Below the pieces are notes generated by a model. The model made no database searches and was not told where the DNA came from. It worked only from the letters and a program-made list of their open reading frames with translations. From an uncultured Verrucomicrobiota bacterium (lineage in GTDB: Bacteria; Verrucomicrobiota; Verrucomicrobiia; Limisphaerales; CAIQOK01), in contig CAIQOK010000067.1 of assembly GCA_903873415.1 (NCBI GenBank), positions 13,967-77,966 on the forward strand: DNA of 64,000 nt, read 5' to 3'. How positions within the stretch are numbered: the first letter of the stretch is position 1; each line of letters begins with the position of its first letter. Both the position numbers and the translations under genes were made by a program. Below are positions 1-9,858 of the stretch, piece by piece.

Positions 1-2799
1 GGGGAGTTCATCCCCTTTGCGCACAAACCAAGTCAACCGATGTATGATCGCCTGGTTGGCGACGCTGTCATACAGCACGAAGTATTCATTGCCGGCCAGC
101 AAGACGCTGCGGCCCAGATACTCCGGGGCAGCGTAGGCCGCGGGACCCTGCCGCGGCACAAGCTCCGCAAACTGGCCCGTGCCCAGATCATACAATGGGC
201 GGGAAAGCACGTTCATTCCGATGGAACGGAACACTCCGTTCTTATAAACGCCGAAAGTCGTGCAAAAGTCGGTGTCCTGATCGTCCCGGTCGCCGACGTC
301 CTCCGGCCCTGTATGGCTATAAGACTTGCCACCGGCGTAGAAGTATAAAATGCCGCATCCGCCCTCTCCCGCCCGGCCCCAGCGGTAATTCGATCCTTCG
401 TCCACCTGCTGGAGATGGATCGACAGTTCATTGGGGGTGCCCACCGAAGCCCGCAGGACAATGCCGTAGCCTGTGAACTTGGAGCTGCGCAGGTGCGGAT
501 TAGTGCCCCGGTTGTCCTCGAGCCTAGAGTTGCCGCGCTGCGATTTTCCTCGATCCGACGGGCCCTCCGCATCGGGATCGGTGGGGCGTGATGCCCACAT
601 GGCGTGTTCGGCGGCCATGGGAGCGTAACGCTGCAGACATGCGCCCAGATACCAGAGCGATCGGGGTGGAAAACGCTGTTCGGAGTGCGCGCCCTGAGGC
701 GGATGAACGCGCAAGGGTCCTTTGCCCGGCGCCACCACCCCCCAATCGCGCCCTTGATCCACCCGCGTGAGATTGGCAAAACCCGCTTCAGACTCTCCGT
801 TGAACGGGGCGGACAGCGCGTTGACCAGCCAATCGGCCATCTCCGCCAGTTGGGGTGAGATGAACCGTTCCTGGTCGTCATACTCCCGCAGTAGAAACTC
901 CGTCCGCAATGAAGGCCGCAGAAAGGCCCATACGTAGGTGCCAAGGTTTTCGGTCCATCGACCGCCCCGGGCGTCCCAGGTTTTCACGCCGGGCCGCGTG
1001 TTGAAGCGGGTGTTCAATTCCACGCACTTCTCCCACATGTCCGCCCAGGTCGACGCCAGCGGGTGTTCCGGAAACAAGAATGACATTCCCGGCGGCACGG
1101 ATTTCACGTCAGCCAGAAAATTCGGGTGGCCGGCCAGCAGCGTGGCAAGCGGCATAAAATCCTCTGCGGCATGAACGTGGGCCATCAACAGAAAGAGCGC
1201 CGTGAGCCGGCGCCGCTGACGCACTGTCATCTGCGCGCTGCAATCGTTGAATGACTCGATCCACCCGGCCACCTGCCGGCTCGGGACCGGACTGAAGTTC
1301 ACAATGCTTCTGCCTGGGATGGGGCCGTGTCCGGCCATCTGACGCATGCCGGACACGGGCAGGGTGCAGACATAGGACGAGGTCATGATTCGTTCCTCCA
1401 GCGCGGCTGGATCCTGCGTTCTACCGGCAAAAAGAGCCGCCGGTCGCCGCGCCCCTTCCGGATACTCAAGCACCCAGTCCTTTATCAGGTCCAGGTTGAG
1501 GCTGCCGTAACGATTCTGCAAAAACAGGGTGTGCGATGTGAATGTCAGCGGAACCCCGTACGATGCCCCGTCCTGCTTCACAATCTGAAAACACTCCTCC
1601 AGCCGGCGCATGGCCTGCCGGTCCTTGGCATGGTCGTAAAAAGCAATGCACGTCGAGCGACGGCCGCGGGACAGCGGCCATTTCCAACAAAACTCGCCAT
1701 CCCGATAGTGGTAGCGCACCTCCAGAGTGGGCGATTCCACCTCGTAGGCATACTCGTGATCCTGCCACGCGTCCGCCTTGTTGATAAACACCCCCAAGGC
1801 GTCGGCCGACTTCTGGTTCCAAAAGTTTGCAAAGGTGCCAATGTGAAAATTCCCCGGCGCCCGTTCGTAGACCCCCAAGGCGAAGGGCAGCCGCCCCTCC
1901 GGCAGCTGCCGGGGCTCAAAAATCCAGGGCGCGTCGATGGGTTCCCAAGCATAATCATCGTAACCGCGCACTTGATCCGACAAGGGAAATGGATGATTGG
2001 GGGCCTGACGATGTGTCAGGCCTAATCCGGACCACGTCGAAGTCATTACTCCGCGCATTCCGGGCCGCAGCCCCTCCATGTCCTCCTCAAACCGAACGAA
2101 ATCCATTCCGCCCTCGCATTGGATTTTGGCGGCATACCGGCCGCCGCCTTTGGTCTCGTAGGTCAGCCCATAGGCTATAAACAAAGGCCCCGCAGCCAGA
2201 CGACGGGCGATGATCCGCACAACTTGGTCGCCGTCGAAACTGAGGCTGGAGGATCCAAACCATGAACCGCCGCGGGACACCTGCAGAATGGGGCCAGGCG
2301 CTTCACCGCGTATTGTCTGGGTTGCGGGGATACGGACCCGCATAACACCCGAATCGAGCACGATCGTCGGGCCTTCCCGATGCTCAGTCACCAGCGGCGG
2401 GCTGGCGAGCGGCGAAGCGACACCGGAAAGCACGAACTCGCGCCTCGCGCCGCTGGGCAGATCCGAAAAGAAATTGAGCGTCGCCCTTTGCACTCCGTCA
2501 TGATCCGACACCGAGTCAGAGAACTGAAAGGGAATCCGCTCCCCCGTGTCAACCCGCACCAGCTCCATCCGGTTCAGGTCCACTGAGGATTCGAACCGGA
2601 CCGGATAGCGGAGCAAGGTGCGCGGCCACCAATAAAAAGGATGTTCCAACCGATCCTGCAGCACAAAGCGGATACGCCCGGAACGGTCCGGCGCGGCTGC
2701 CCTGCCGGACCCTACCCTACCTTGGGCGGAAAGAATCCCCGCCGGAATGACAAAACCTGGCAAGGCGGCAAGGCTCAGACAAAAATCTCTACGATTCAC
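1..2799 (-). CDS. Large Tat-exported hypothetical protein, partial (3' end runs off the left edge, at least 933 codons). Absent from the supplied ORF track.
   Basis: Manual translation of the minus frame whose codons occupy 3k+1..3k+3 is open from 2799 to position 1. GTG start at 2799 follows an in-frame TAA (2818..2820). The N-terminus (V/M)NRRDFCLSLAALPGFVIPAGILSAQG looks like a twin-arginine signal. The sequence is protein-like throughout (e.g. YDDYAWEPIDAPWIFEPRQLPEG, WTENLGTYVWAFLRPSL, GILYFYAGGKSYSHTGPED). All track ORFs in 1..2799 lie in other frames and are R/P/G/W-rich shadows. Function not recognised. Confidence 0.8.
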   Translation of the reverse strand, partial: MNRRDFCLSLAALPGFVIPAGILSAQGRVGSGRAAAPDRSGRIRFVLQDRLEHPFYWWPRTLLRYPVRFESSVDLNRMELVRVDTGERIPFQFSDSVSDHDGVQRATLNFFSDLPSGARREFVLSGVASPLASPPLVTEHREGPTIVLDSGVMRVRIPATQTIRGEAPGPILQVSRGGSWFGSSSLSFDGDQVVRIIARRLAAGPLFIAYGLTYETKGGGRYAAKIQCEGGMDFVRFEEDMEGLRPGMRGVMTSTWSGLGLTHRQAPNHPFPLSDQVRGYDDYAWEPIDAPWIFEPRQLPEGRLPFALGVYERAPGNFHIGTFANFWNQKSADALGVFINKADAWQDHEYAYEVESPTLEVRYHYRDGEFCWKWPLSRGRRSTCIAFYDHAKDRQAMRRLEECFQIVKQDGASYGVPLTFTSHTLFLQNRYGSLNLDLIKDWVLEYPEGARRPAALFAGRTQDPAALEERIMTSSYVCTLPVSGMRQMAGHGPIPGRSIVNFSPVPSRQVAGWIESFNDCSAQMTVRQRRRLTALFLLMAHVHAAEDFMPLATLLAGHPNFLADVKSVPPGMSFLFPEHPLASTWADMWEKCVELNTRFNTRPGVKTWDARGGRWTENLGTYVWAFLRPSLRTEFLLREYDDQERFISPQLAEMADWLVNALSAPFNGESEAGFANLTRVDQGRDWGVVAPGKGPLRVHPPQGAHSEQRFPPRSLWYLGACLQRYAPMAAEHAMWASRPTDPDAEGPSDRGKSQRGNSRLEDNRGTNPHLRSSKFTGYGIVLRASVGTPNELSIHLQQVDEGSNYRWGRAGEGGCGILYFYAGGKSYSHTGPEDVGDRDDQDTDFCTTFGVYKNGVFRSIGMNVLSRPLYDLGTGQFAELVPRQGPAAYAAPEYLGRSVLLAGNEYFVLYDSVANQAIIHRLTWFVRKGDELP

Positions 2800-3707
2800 G
2801 CTGGAAATTCGATGGGCTTATTGCATCGGTGAAGATCGGGGATTTAAGATTCACGCCCCCCGCCGTTTTTCCGCGCTCAGCGCGCTTCGAGGAACAGTGG
2901 CTTCCAGTCTCATCAATCATGGAGCGATGGTGCTGGAAGCGGAGCCGCGCTGTCAACCTGCACTCGTTGCCGCTTTTGCAGGGCAGCGCGCCTGCGGCAT
3001 CGGCGTGCAAAGAAGTCCTCTATAAACTGGCATATAGGAGCTTGAAGCGGAGCACAGCACTGGCTTCCGCAGCCCTGGTTTTTCCGAATCCTGCTCTCCA
3101 GTCAGTGTTTTCGTAGTTTTACAAGCCCTCCCGCATGGGAATGCTCTCCCATAAAGGATGGCAGTCCAAGCGTCACAAACCATTTCTTCCGCCAGCGGCG
3201 ACGATCTTCTCCAAACCCTGCCTGTCATACCCAAGCGGCTTGCACCAATCGATCCCTCGCCGCCGAGCTTCTACAACGAAGCCCCCGTATCGATTACGGA
3301 TGACACATTCCGTCCCCCCGTCTGCATGTGCCCCCCGATCCGACCCTAATCTGCCGCCCCATCAGCGGTGAGCCGTGTCAACATCCGCGCGGGTGGAGAC
3401 GCCTTGGAGATGAACCTCTGCGAGGCCGGTTTGAGCGGTTGCCCGCTGCGCCCGAGACCGCCTTCAATCCTTCGCGCCCGGCAAAACCTCGGAGATTTTT
3501 CAACGCAAAATTTTCACCATCCAAAAACCGACATCCAAATCGCCCCGCGAAGCACACTGCAAGCCTGTCACCGGCGAAATCATCATCGGCAACGTGCCCG
3601 GCTCCGGTGGGCGGCCGTTGCAGCGCAAATGGCGGCAGCGCCTCGATCAAGCCGCCCCGTCAACTTCGGCCTTTTCACTTCCGCATTTTGCCTTAACTTC
3701 ACAGTTC

Positions 3708-4997
3708 ATGACGACCTTGATCGAGCAGATGACGCAACTGGCACGGCAGGCCAAAGAAGCGTCACGGGCCCTGGCCCGACTCACGACCGCCGAAAAAAAC
3801 TCCTGCCTGCTGGCGATGGCCAGCGCGCTGGAACAAAACGCCATCCCCATCAAGCAGGCCAACGCGCTCGACTTGGAAGCAGGAGTCAAAAGCGGTTTGC
3901 CGGCAGCCATGCTCGACCGGCTCAAACTCGACGACCAACGCATTCTCGACATGGCCTCGGGCCTGCGCGAGGTGGCCGCCCTCCCCGATCCCCTCGGCAA
4001 ACTGCTGGACGAACGCTTCCGCCCCAATGGTTTGAGACTCCGTAAAATCTCCACCCCCATCGGAGTCGTGGTGATTATTTATGAATCGCGTCCCAATGTG
4101 ACCGCCGATGCTGCCAGCCTCTGCTTCAAGTCGGGCAATGCGACAATTCTGCGCGGCGGAAAAGAGGCCCTCCATTCCAATCAAATCATCGCCCGGACCC
4201 TGATTGAGGCCGGCAAAGCGGCGCTTCAGCACTTCCCCGAAAACGCCATCCAAGTGGTGCCCACCACCGATCGACAGGCGGTGCCGGCGCTGCTCTCGCT
4301 CACGAAATATGTGGATTTGTGCATGCCCCGCGGCGGCGAGAGCCTGATCCGGGCGGTGACAGAATGCTCCAAGGTTCCGGTCATAAAGCATTTCAAGGGC
4401 GTTTGCCATGTGTTCGTGGATGCGGAGGCCGATCTGGGGATGGCGGAGCGGATTGTTCTGAACGCGAAGGTGCAGCGCCCCGCAGTTTGCAACGCGATGG
4501 AAACCTTGCTAATCGACCGTGTTGTTGCCGACACTTTCCTGCCGGCCGTTGCCCAAAGCCTAGCGGCGAAAAAAGTCCAACTTCGCGCGGATGTCGAAGC
4601 GGAGCTGATCCTGAAAAACACCGGCGCCAATACCTTGCTGGATGTGAAACCAGCCACCGAGGATGACTGGTTCACCGAATACAACGACTATATTCTGAAC
4701 ATCCGCATCGTTGACGGCGTGGCTGCGGCAATCGAGCATATCAATTTTTACGGATCGGGCCACTCCGAGAGCATCGTGACCCGGAACGAGGCCCGCGCAA
4801 ACCGATTTCTTGACGAAGTGGACTCGGCAGCGGTGTATTGGAACGCCTCCACCCGCTTCACCGACGGCGGGGAGTTCGGTATGGGAGCGGAAATAGGCAT
4901 CAGCACCGATAAAATTGGGGCGCGGGGCCCGATGGGGCTGGACGAATTGACCACCTACAAGTGGCTGGGCTTTGGCACCGGGCAGATCCGCACTTAA
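3708..4997 (+). CDS. proA: Gamma-glutamyl phosphate reductase
   Basis: MTTLIEQMTQLARQAKEASRALARLTTAEKN..., with colinear ProA hallmarks (IGVVVIIYESRPNVTADAASLCFKSGNATILRGGKEA, CNAMETLLI, GHSESIVT, NASTRFTDGGEFGMGAEIGIST). ATG at 3708. The 38-codon upstream extension in the track ORF is R/P-rich and rejected. Confidence 0.95.
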   Translation: MTTLIEQMTQLARQAKEASRALARLTTAEKNSCLLAMASALEQNAIPIKQANALDLEAGVKSGLPAAMLDRLKLDDQRILDMASGLREVAALPDPLGKLLDERFRPNGLRLRKISTPIGVVVIIYESRPNVTADAASLCFKSGNATILRGGKEALHSNQIIARTLIEAGKAALQHFPENAIQVVPTTDRQAVPALLSLTKYVDLCMPRGGESLIRAVTECSKVPVIKHFKGVCHVFVDAEADLGMAERIVLNAKVQRPAVCNAMETLLIDRVVADTFLPAVAQSLAAKKVQLRADVEAELILKNTGANTLLDVKPATEDDWFTEYNDYILNIRIVDGVAAAIEHINFYGSGHSESIVTRNEARANRFLDEVDSAAVYWNASTRFTDGGEFGMGAEIGISTDKIGARGPMGLDELTTYKWLGFGTGQIRT

Positions 4998-5028
4998 CGC
5001 GCCGCCGCCGGGCTGGAAAAAAACGCCG

Positions 5029-6465
5029 ATGCCATCCAAACCATCACTGATTAAGCCGTCTGTCCCGCCCTCGGCGGTGGCTGAAGGCGCGGCACGACAG
5101 GCCCTTGCCATTCGCGATTCCATGCCTTCGGGCGGTCTTTTTGCCGGCCAGCAATGGAGGATCTCCCCATCTCCGTTTCCGCTCGGTGAAACGCTTGCAA
5201 AGGAAATCGATTCCCTGGGCCGCGTGCTGCTGCAATTCTACCGCGCCGTCAACCTGCTCTATCGCAAAAGCGCCGAGGGCAGCCAGCCGGCTTGGATCGC
5301 ACAACTGCTGGACCGGGGCAAACCGGCGGAACTCATTGAATTGCAGCGCTCAAACGCCTTTAAAAACGAGGTCCCAAGAGTCATCCGCCCCGACCTCCTT
5401 CTCACGGAACACGGCCTGCACGTGACCGAACTGGATTCCGTTCCGGGCGGCATTGGATTGACGGCGTGGCTCAACCAGACCTATTCCAAAACGGACCAAG
5501 GAATGCCGTCGGTCGAAGTCATCGGCGGCCCGGACGGCATGCTCCGCGGATTTGAATCCATTTTCGATGGCGCATCCCAGGTCCACATCGTCGTATCTGA
5601 AGAGGCCTCGACCTACCGCCCCGAAATGCAATGGATGGCGGATCAACTGGGCAGTTCCCGATTCAACCTTCAGACCTCCAGTTTCCAAGGGTTTGCCGAT
5701 GGGGACGCGGTCTATCGTTTTTTTGAACTCTTCGATCTAGCCAGCGTGGCAAGTGCAAAAAGAATTTTCGAGCTGGCCGCCGCAAAGAAAATCCACCTGA
5801 CTCCCCCGCCCAAACCGCTCTTCGAGGAAAAACTGCTCTTCGCCCTGCTTTGGAACCGCAACCTGCAGCACTTCTGGCGGCAGGAATTGGGCGAGGCTTT
5901 TTTCAACCGTCTCCGCAGCTATTCACCCTACACCTGGGTCGTTGACCCATCCCCCTTACCGCCCCATGCCGCATTCCCCGGATTAAACCTGACAGACTGG
6001 CACCAGATCAAAGCCCTTTCCCAAAAGGAACGGGACCTGATCCTGAAGGTATCGGGCTTTTCGGAACTGGCTTGGGGTGCCCGAGGGGTGTATCTCGGAA
6101 GCGACCTCTCGCAAGCGGATTGGAGCGCGGCGGTGGATCACGCCATCGCCAGCTTTTCCGACTCCCCCTTTGTTTTGCAACGCTATGAAAAACCGCGGAT
6201 CATCAATGCGGAGTGGTTTGACTTCCAGAACAAGGTCAGGGTTGAGATGAAAGGCCGGGCCCGGCTCTGTCCCTATTATTTTGTCAGTGGCCAGGGGGAT
6301 GCGGCCCGTGCCAAACTAGGCGGAGTGCTGGCCACCATTTGTCCCGCCGAAAAAAAAATCATTCACGGTATGTCCGAAGCCATCCTAGCCCCGTGCTCCA
6401 GGAGCGAACCTTTGGAATCAAGAAAGCTTCGCGAAGAAATCCGGCCGGCAAACCAGACAAGTTAA
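5029..6465 (+). CDS. Uncharacterised protein, possibly with an ATP-grasp / glutathionylspermidine-synthase-like fold
   Basis: Long ORF with protein-like composition. Segments such as VIRPDLLLTEHGLHVTELDSVPGGIGLTAWL and LFEEKLLFALLWNRNL...FVLQRYEKP resemble the pre-ATP-grasp and ATP-grasp pattern of GSP-synthase-like enzymes (memory-based, weak). Start taken at ATG 5029, 32 nt after the proA stop; ATG 5122 is an alternative. Confidence 0.75.
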   Translation: MPSKPSLIKPSVPPSAVAEGAARQALAIRDSMPSGGLFAGQQWRISPSPFPLGETLAKEIDSLGRVLLQFYRAVNLLYRKSAEGSQPAWIAQLLDRGKPAELIELQRSNAFKNEVPRVIRPDLLLTEHGLHVTELDSVPGGIGLTAWLNQTYSKTDQGMPSVEVIGGPDGMLRGFESIFDGASQVHIVVSEEASTYRPEMQWMADQLGSSRFNLQTSSFQGFADGDAVYRFFELFDLASVASAKRIFELAAAKKIHLTPPPKPLFEEKLLFALLWNRNLQHFWRQELGEAFFNRLRSYSPYTWVVDPSPLPPHAAFPGLNLTDWHQIKALSQKERDLILKVSGFSELAWGARGVYLGSDLSQADWSAAVDHAIASFSDSPFVLQRYEKPRIINAEWFDFQNKVRVEMKGRARLCPYYFVSGQGDAARAKLGGVLATICPAEKKIIHGMSEAILAPCSRSEPLESRKLREEIRPANQTS

Positions 6466-6477
6466 CCCCACCAAACC

Positions 6478-7185
6478 ATGACCATTGCGGATCTGCGGAG
6501 AGAATACAAACTGGCCGAGCTCAGACGGGAAGATCTTTTTTCGGAACCTATTGCGCAATTCAAAGAGTGGTTTGAGCAGGCTTCGGGGGATCGGCGCAGC
6601 GGACGCGTCAGGCGCTTCTTCGTGGGCCTCTACGAATCATTGCTTCTGGTGCGGGGCTTCCAACCCACAGAAGTCAATGCCGCCGTTCTGGCCACTGCCG
6701 ACCAAACTGGAACCCCCTCCGCCCGGGTGGTTCTGCTCAAGGGGGTGGATGAGCGGGGCTTTCTCTTTTTCACCAATTACCAAAGCCGCAAGGGCCGGGA
6801 ACTGGGGCAAAACCCCAAAGCCGCCATGGTTTTCTACTGGGCAGATCAGGAGCGACAGGTGACCATTGCCGGAACGGTTGCCAAATTATCCGCGGCGGAA
6901 TCCCAGGCCTACTTCAAGAGCCGCCCGCGAGGCAGCCGGCTGGGAGCCTGGGTCTCAGACCAGAGCACTGTCATCCCAGACCGAGCCACTCTCGAAGAGC
7001 GCCTGCGGGAATTGGAGAAGGTCCACCCCGGCGAAGAAATTCCCATGCCCCCTTACTGGGGTGGTTATGTATTACGCCCCGAACGGATCGAATTCTGGCA
7101 GGGCGGCCGCAGCCGGTTGCATGATCGGTTTTGCTATTCACGACAAACCAATCAGGACTGGCGAATTGAGCGGCTCTCGCCCTAA
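6478..7185 (+). CDS. pdxH: Pyridoxamine 5'-phosphate oxidase
   Basis: Colinear with PdxH: LRREY, ARVVLLKGVDERGFLFFTNYQSRKGREL, NPKAAMVFYW, SRPRGSRLGAWVSDQS, PPYWGGYVLRPERIEFWQGGRSRLHDRF. Contains an extra segment of about 23-28 aa near the N-terminus (see findings). Confidence 0.95.
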   Translation: MTIADLRREYKLAELRREDLFSEPIAQFKEWFEQASGDRRSGRVRRFFVGLYESLLLVRGFQPTEVNAAVLATADQTGTPSARVVLLKGVDERGFLFFTNYQSRKGRELGQNPKAAMVFYWADQERQVTIAGTVAKLSAAESQAYFKSRPRGSRLGAWVSDQSTVIPDRATLEERLRELEKVHPGEEIPMPPYWGGYVLRPERIEFWQGGRSRLHDRFCYSRQTNQDWRIERLSP

Positions 7186-7773
7186 TCCTCCTTGGCGGAT
7201 TAATAATGGCGGGATCGACGCCCCTCCAAACCGGACATGTGGTTTTGCCGCATCCAGCTTTCCTGTCGGTGTTTCCCCCTCACTACTGGAGCCATTGAGC
7301 CTGAAGTCTTGTCGGTCGAAGGTCCATGCTCTGCCAACCACAACCACACGGTCTGCTCTTGGCATTGGACAGGTCGCTTCAGTATGCCTTCAGTCCAAAC
7401 ACTCCATTCCATCCGGTCCGTCGGGTTCCAGGATTCCACAGCTGTTTAGGGCAGGTCGCGCCAAGCCCTTTTCTGGCCAGTAACAACGGTTTTTTCTCGG
7501 CTGCTGGTTCTTTTACGCCTTCACTTCCCTGCGTCTTTTGGCCAAGGGGCGTTACCCGCATCATCGCTACCACAGACACTCCTGCCTGCGGCTTGACCGG
7601 TCCGAAGAGCGTCCATCATTGTCCGCGCCGATCCTAGCATCCTCTTAAATCCATCGTATGGGTATTCATGGTTCGTTGGCTTGCCCAATACAGGTGAGGC
7701 GGGACGCAAAGCAGATCGAGGGGTGACCCGACCGGCTGTCTGGAAGCGGCTGGGGAGAAATTCAAGCAGAAAG

Positions 7774-7779
7774 AGGAGG
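7774..7779 (+). promoter_or_regulatory. Shine-Dalgarno AGGAGG, 5 nt upstream of ATG 7785
   Basis: Sequence aagAGGAGGcccaaATG read directly. Confidence 0.6.
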
Positions 7780-7784
7780 CCCAA

Positions 7785-8516
7785 ATGAAGCAGATGCAAA
7801 ATGGAATCGCTGTCGCTTTGCTCACGGTCCCCATGCTCATTCAAGCGGGGGCGGGTTCCCAAGCGGCTGAAAACCTCAGCGCTTGCGGCGGCGCCCCAGC
7901 ACCAGCGGCATGTTTGTCCACGGCCGGTATTGCTCCCGGTTTTGCAGTGATGAACGCGCCGGCTTGCGGATTTCCACCCGACGGCAGGGTTTCAACCCGA
8001 TGCATTTACCTCATCCCCCACGCCTTGAATTCCGACCCGATGCTAATAATTCAAGACACTGCGGACCGGGGATGGATGGTCACTAAGGTTGGCGATAGGG
8101 GTGCGAATCCAGAAGGTCCATATGTATTCGGGCCGACCGGGGACAAACAGCCCTTCGCCCCAAAAAGATTGAATCAGGCACTCTCCGACGTGGCCATAGC
8201 GAGTCTGTTTACTGGCAGCAAAGGCGTAATCCACTTCAGCGCGGACGGACCGGAAGAAGGTGGCAGAAGATTCAGCGAGTTATCACCTGGGCGCTGTTTG
8301 TTGAAGGACCAGTCTTCGTTGGATCCGCATGCGGTTTCCGCCCAGATCCTCCTCATGGAACTGGGCGGAGCGGAATGCTTGCCTGCAGCCAAATCCCTGA
8401 AGTCCGCGGACTTGAGCATGTTTTTTCCGGAACCGGCAACGATTCTCGCCGGCGCCCTCGTGCTTCTGCCTTTTGGGGCGAGCACGTTGCGCAGTATCCG
8501 CAGACGCCTGCAGTAG
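7785..8516 (+). CDS. Secreted PEP-CTERM sorting-domain protein
   Basis: N-terminal signal peptide (IAVALLTVPMLIQAGAG). The C-terminus FFPEPATILAGALVLLPFGASTLRSIRRRLQ has the PEP motif (8427..8435), a hydrophobic helix and a basic tail. Confidence 0.85.
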   Translation: MKQMQNGIAVALLTVPMLIQAGAGSQAAENLSACGGAPAPAACLSTAGIAPGFAVMNAPACGFPPDGRVSTRCIYLIPHALNSDPMLIIQDTADRGWMVTKVGDRGANPEGPYVFGPTGDKQPFAPKRLNQALSDVAIASLFTGSKGVIHFSADGPEEGGRRFSELSPGRCLLKDQSSLDPHAVSAQILLMELGGAECLPAAKSLKSADLSMFFPEPATILAGALVLLPFGASTLRSIRRRLQ

Positions 8517-8919
8517 CCGGCAAGACAGCGTTTACCGGCGCACTGTTCATCCCTGCAGTCCGAGCTGCTGGCAGCACATTACCGGAATCCCTCATTCTTG
8601 GATAAACCAGACAAACAGCGGGCCTCTGAACGGAAGAATGCGCGGCAAATAGGCGCCAAGTCGTTCACTATCTTATCCGCCCTACCCCACATCCGTATGG
8701 AAGGCGCGGCCGTGATCAACTGCGAACCACGAACGGAGGAACGCGGGATGCGCCTTGGCCCAATGCGCTTGAACCCAAATGAATGGAGGTCTTTGGGAAA
8801 AGCTTCTGTTTTTGGGGTTTCTAAACCCGGATTCAAGGGGCCTTCTGCGCCATCCTTAATGCAGCGCGGCCGGTTGGCCGGAGTGCTGATTCCAGTCCGC
8901 CCGAGGTCAGGACAAGCGG

Positions 8920-9858
8920 CTATTTCAGGGGCATACCCGGCTCGGCTTTGCCGTTGGTGGTCAGAATTTGGAAGTGGTGGACCCCGGCGGCCAATGGATG
9001 CTCGCTGGTCCAGACGATTTTGTTTTCAGGGGTGACCTCGACCATGGAGATCCCCTTGCTGGCGGCGTGACTGCCGGCCACGGTGTTGCCGTTGGCCAGA
9101 CGCTGGGATCCGCACGGGTCTTTGAACAAGCCGCCCACATCCGGGTTGGTGACTTTCCAGACGACCTCGCCCTTGGGATTAAACTCGGCCACCTTGTTCC
9201 CGTGGGTGAGGGAAACGACGGTGTTGCCGTTATCAAGCCGGATGGCAGTGAAAGGCCAATTCTCGGCCTTGCGCCCGCCCAACTCCTCCAGATCCGTTTT
9301 CAGCACCCGCACCACTTTGCCCTCGGGCGAGTATTCCTTCACGGCGAAGGCCAGAAGATGAGGCACGAGAAAGTTCCCGTTGCGCAGCTGCCGGGCCATG
9401 CGGGTCTGCATATGGGCATTATCCGTTTCCGGTTGGAGCGGGACCTCCAAAACAACCTCCCCCCTGGGGTTCACCTCCAAAAGCCTGGGACGCCCCCCCA
9501 ACTCGGTGACCAGGGTGTTGCCGTTATAAAGCCGCTGGACCGTGCCGATCTCGCTATTGACGGGGTTGCGTTTATAGGAAAACACCACCTTTTTGTCGCG
9601 CGTGACTTCCTCCACACGATCACTGTAAGCGATGAGAACATTGCCATCGGGCAAGACGAAACCATCCCGGGATCCGTCGGCGTATTGCCAGAAAGTCGAT
9701 CCATCTTCGCCAATGATGGCGGTCTTACCGCCCAGGACCAGATAGGAATGGCGGATCAAAGGTGTTGATGAGGTGTCGGCAGACCTGATGCTGGCGGAGC
9801 CGCAGGCCAGAGCCAAAAGAAAAAGGACGGAACGGAATGGAATTGAATGCATGTCCAC
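8920..9858 (-). CDS. Secreted beta-propeller repeat protein
   Basis: Signal peptide (FRSVLFLLALACGSASIRSA). Recurrent blade-like motifs (LPDGNVLIAY, LYNGNTLVTE, LRNGNFLVPH, LDNGNTVVSL, LANGNTVAGS). GTG at 9858, with ATG 9852 as an alternative start. Confidence 0.8.
   Translation of the reverse strand: MDMHSIPFRSVLFLLALACGSASIRSADTSSTPLIRHSYLVLGGKTAIIGEDGSTFWQYADGSRDGFVLPDGNVLIAYSDRVEEVTRDKKVVFSYKRNPVNSEIGTVQRLYNGNTLVTELGGRPRLLEVNPRGEVVLEVPLQPETDNAHMQTRMARQLRNGNFLVPHLLAFAVKEYSPEGKVVRVLKTDLEELGGRKAENWPFTAIRLDNGNTVVSLTHGNKVAEFNPKGEVVWKVTNPDVGGLFKDPCGSQRLANGNTVAGSHAASKGISMVEVTPENKIVWTSEHPLAAGVHHFQILTTNGKAEPGMPLK

Noticed and set aside
213-2025. Track ORFs 213..944 (-), 1327..2025 (+), 1466..1822 (-) and 1578..1958 (-).
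   Set aside because: They are shadow frames of the unlisted edge gene (1..2799, minus). Their composition is not protein-like.
3594-3707. N-terminal extensions of track ORFs: proA from 3594, Gfo from 19168, hybrid kinase from 54550, GH5 from 51450, tatD from 23938, UPF0261 from 58711.
   Set aside because: The extensions are R/P-rich, overlap upstream genes or lack homology. Internal ATGs give canonical N-termini or signal peptides.
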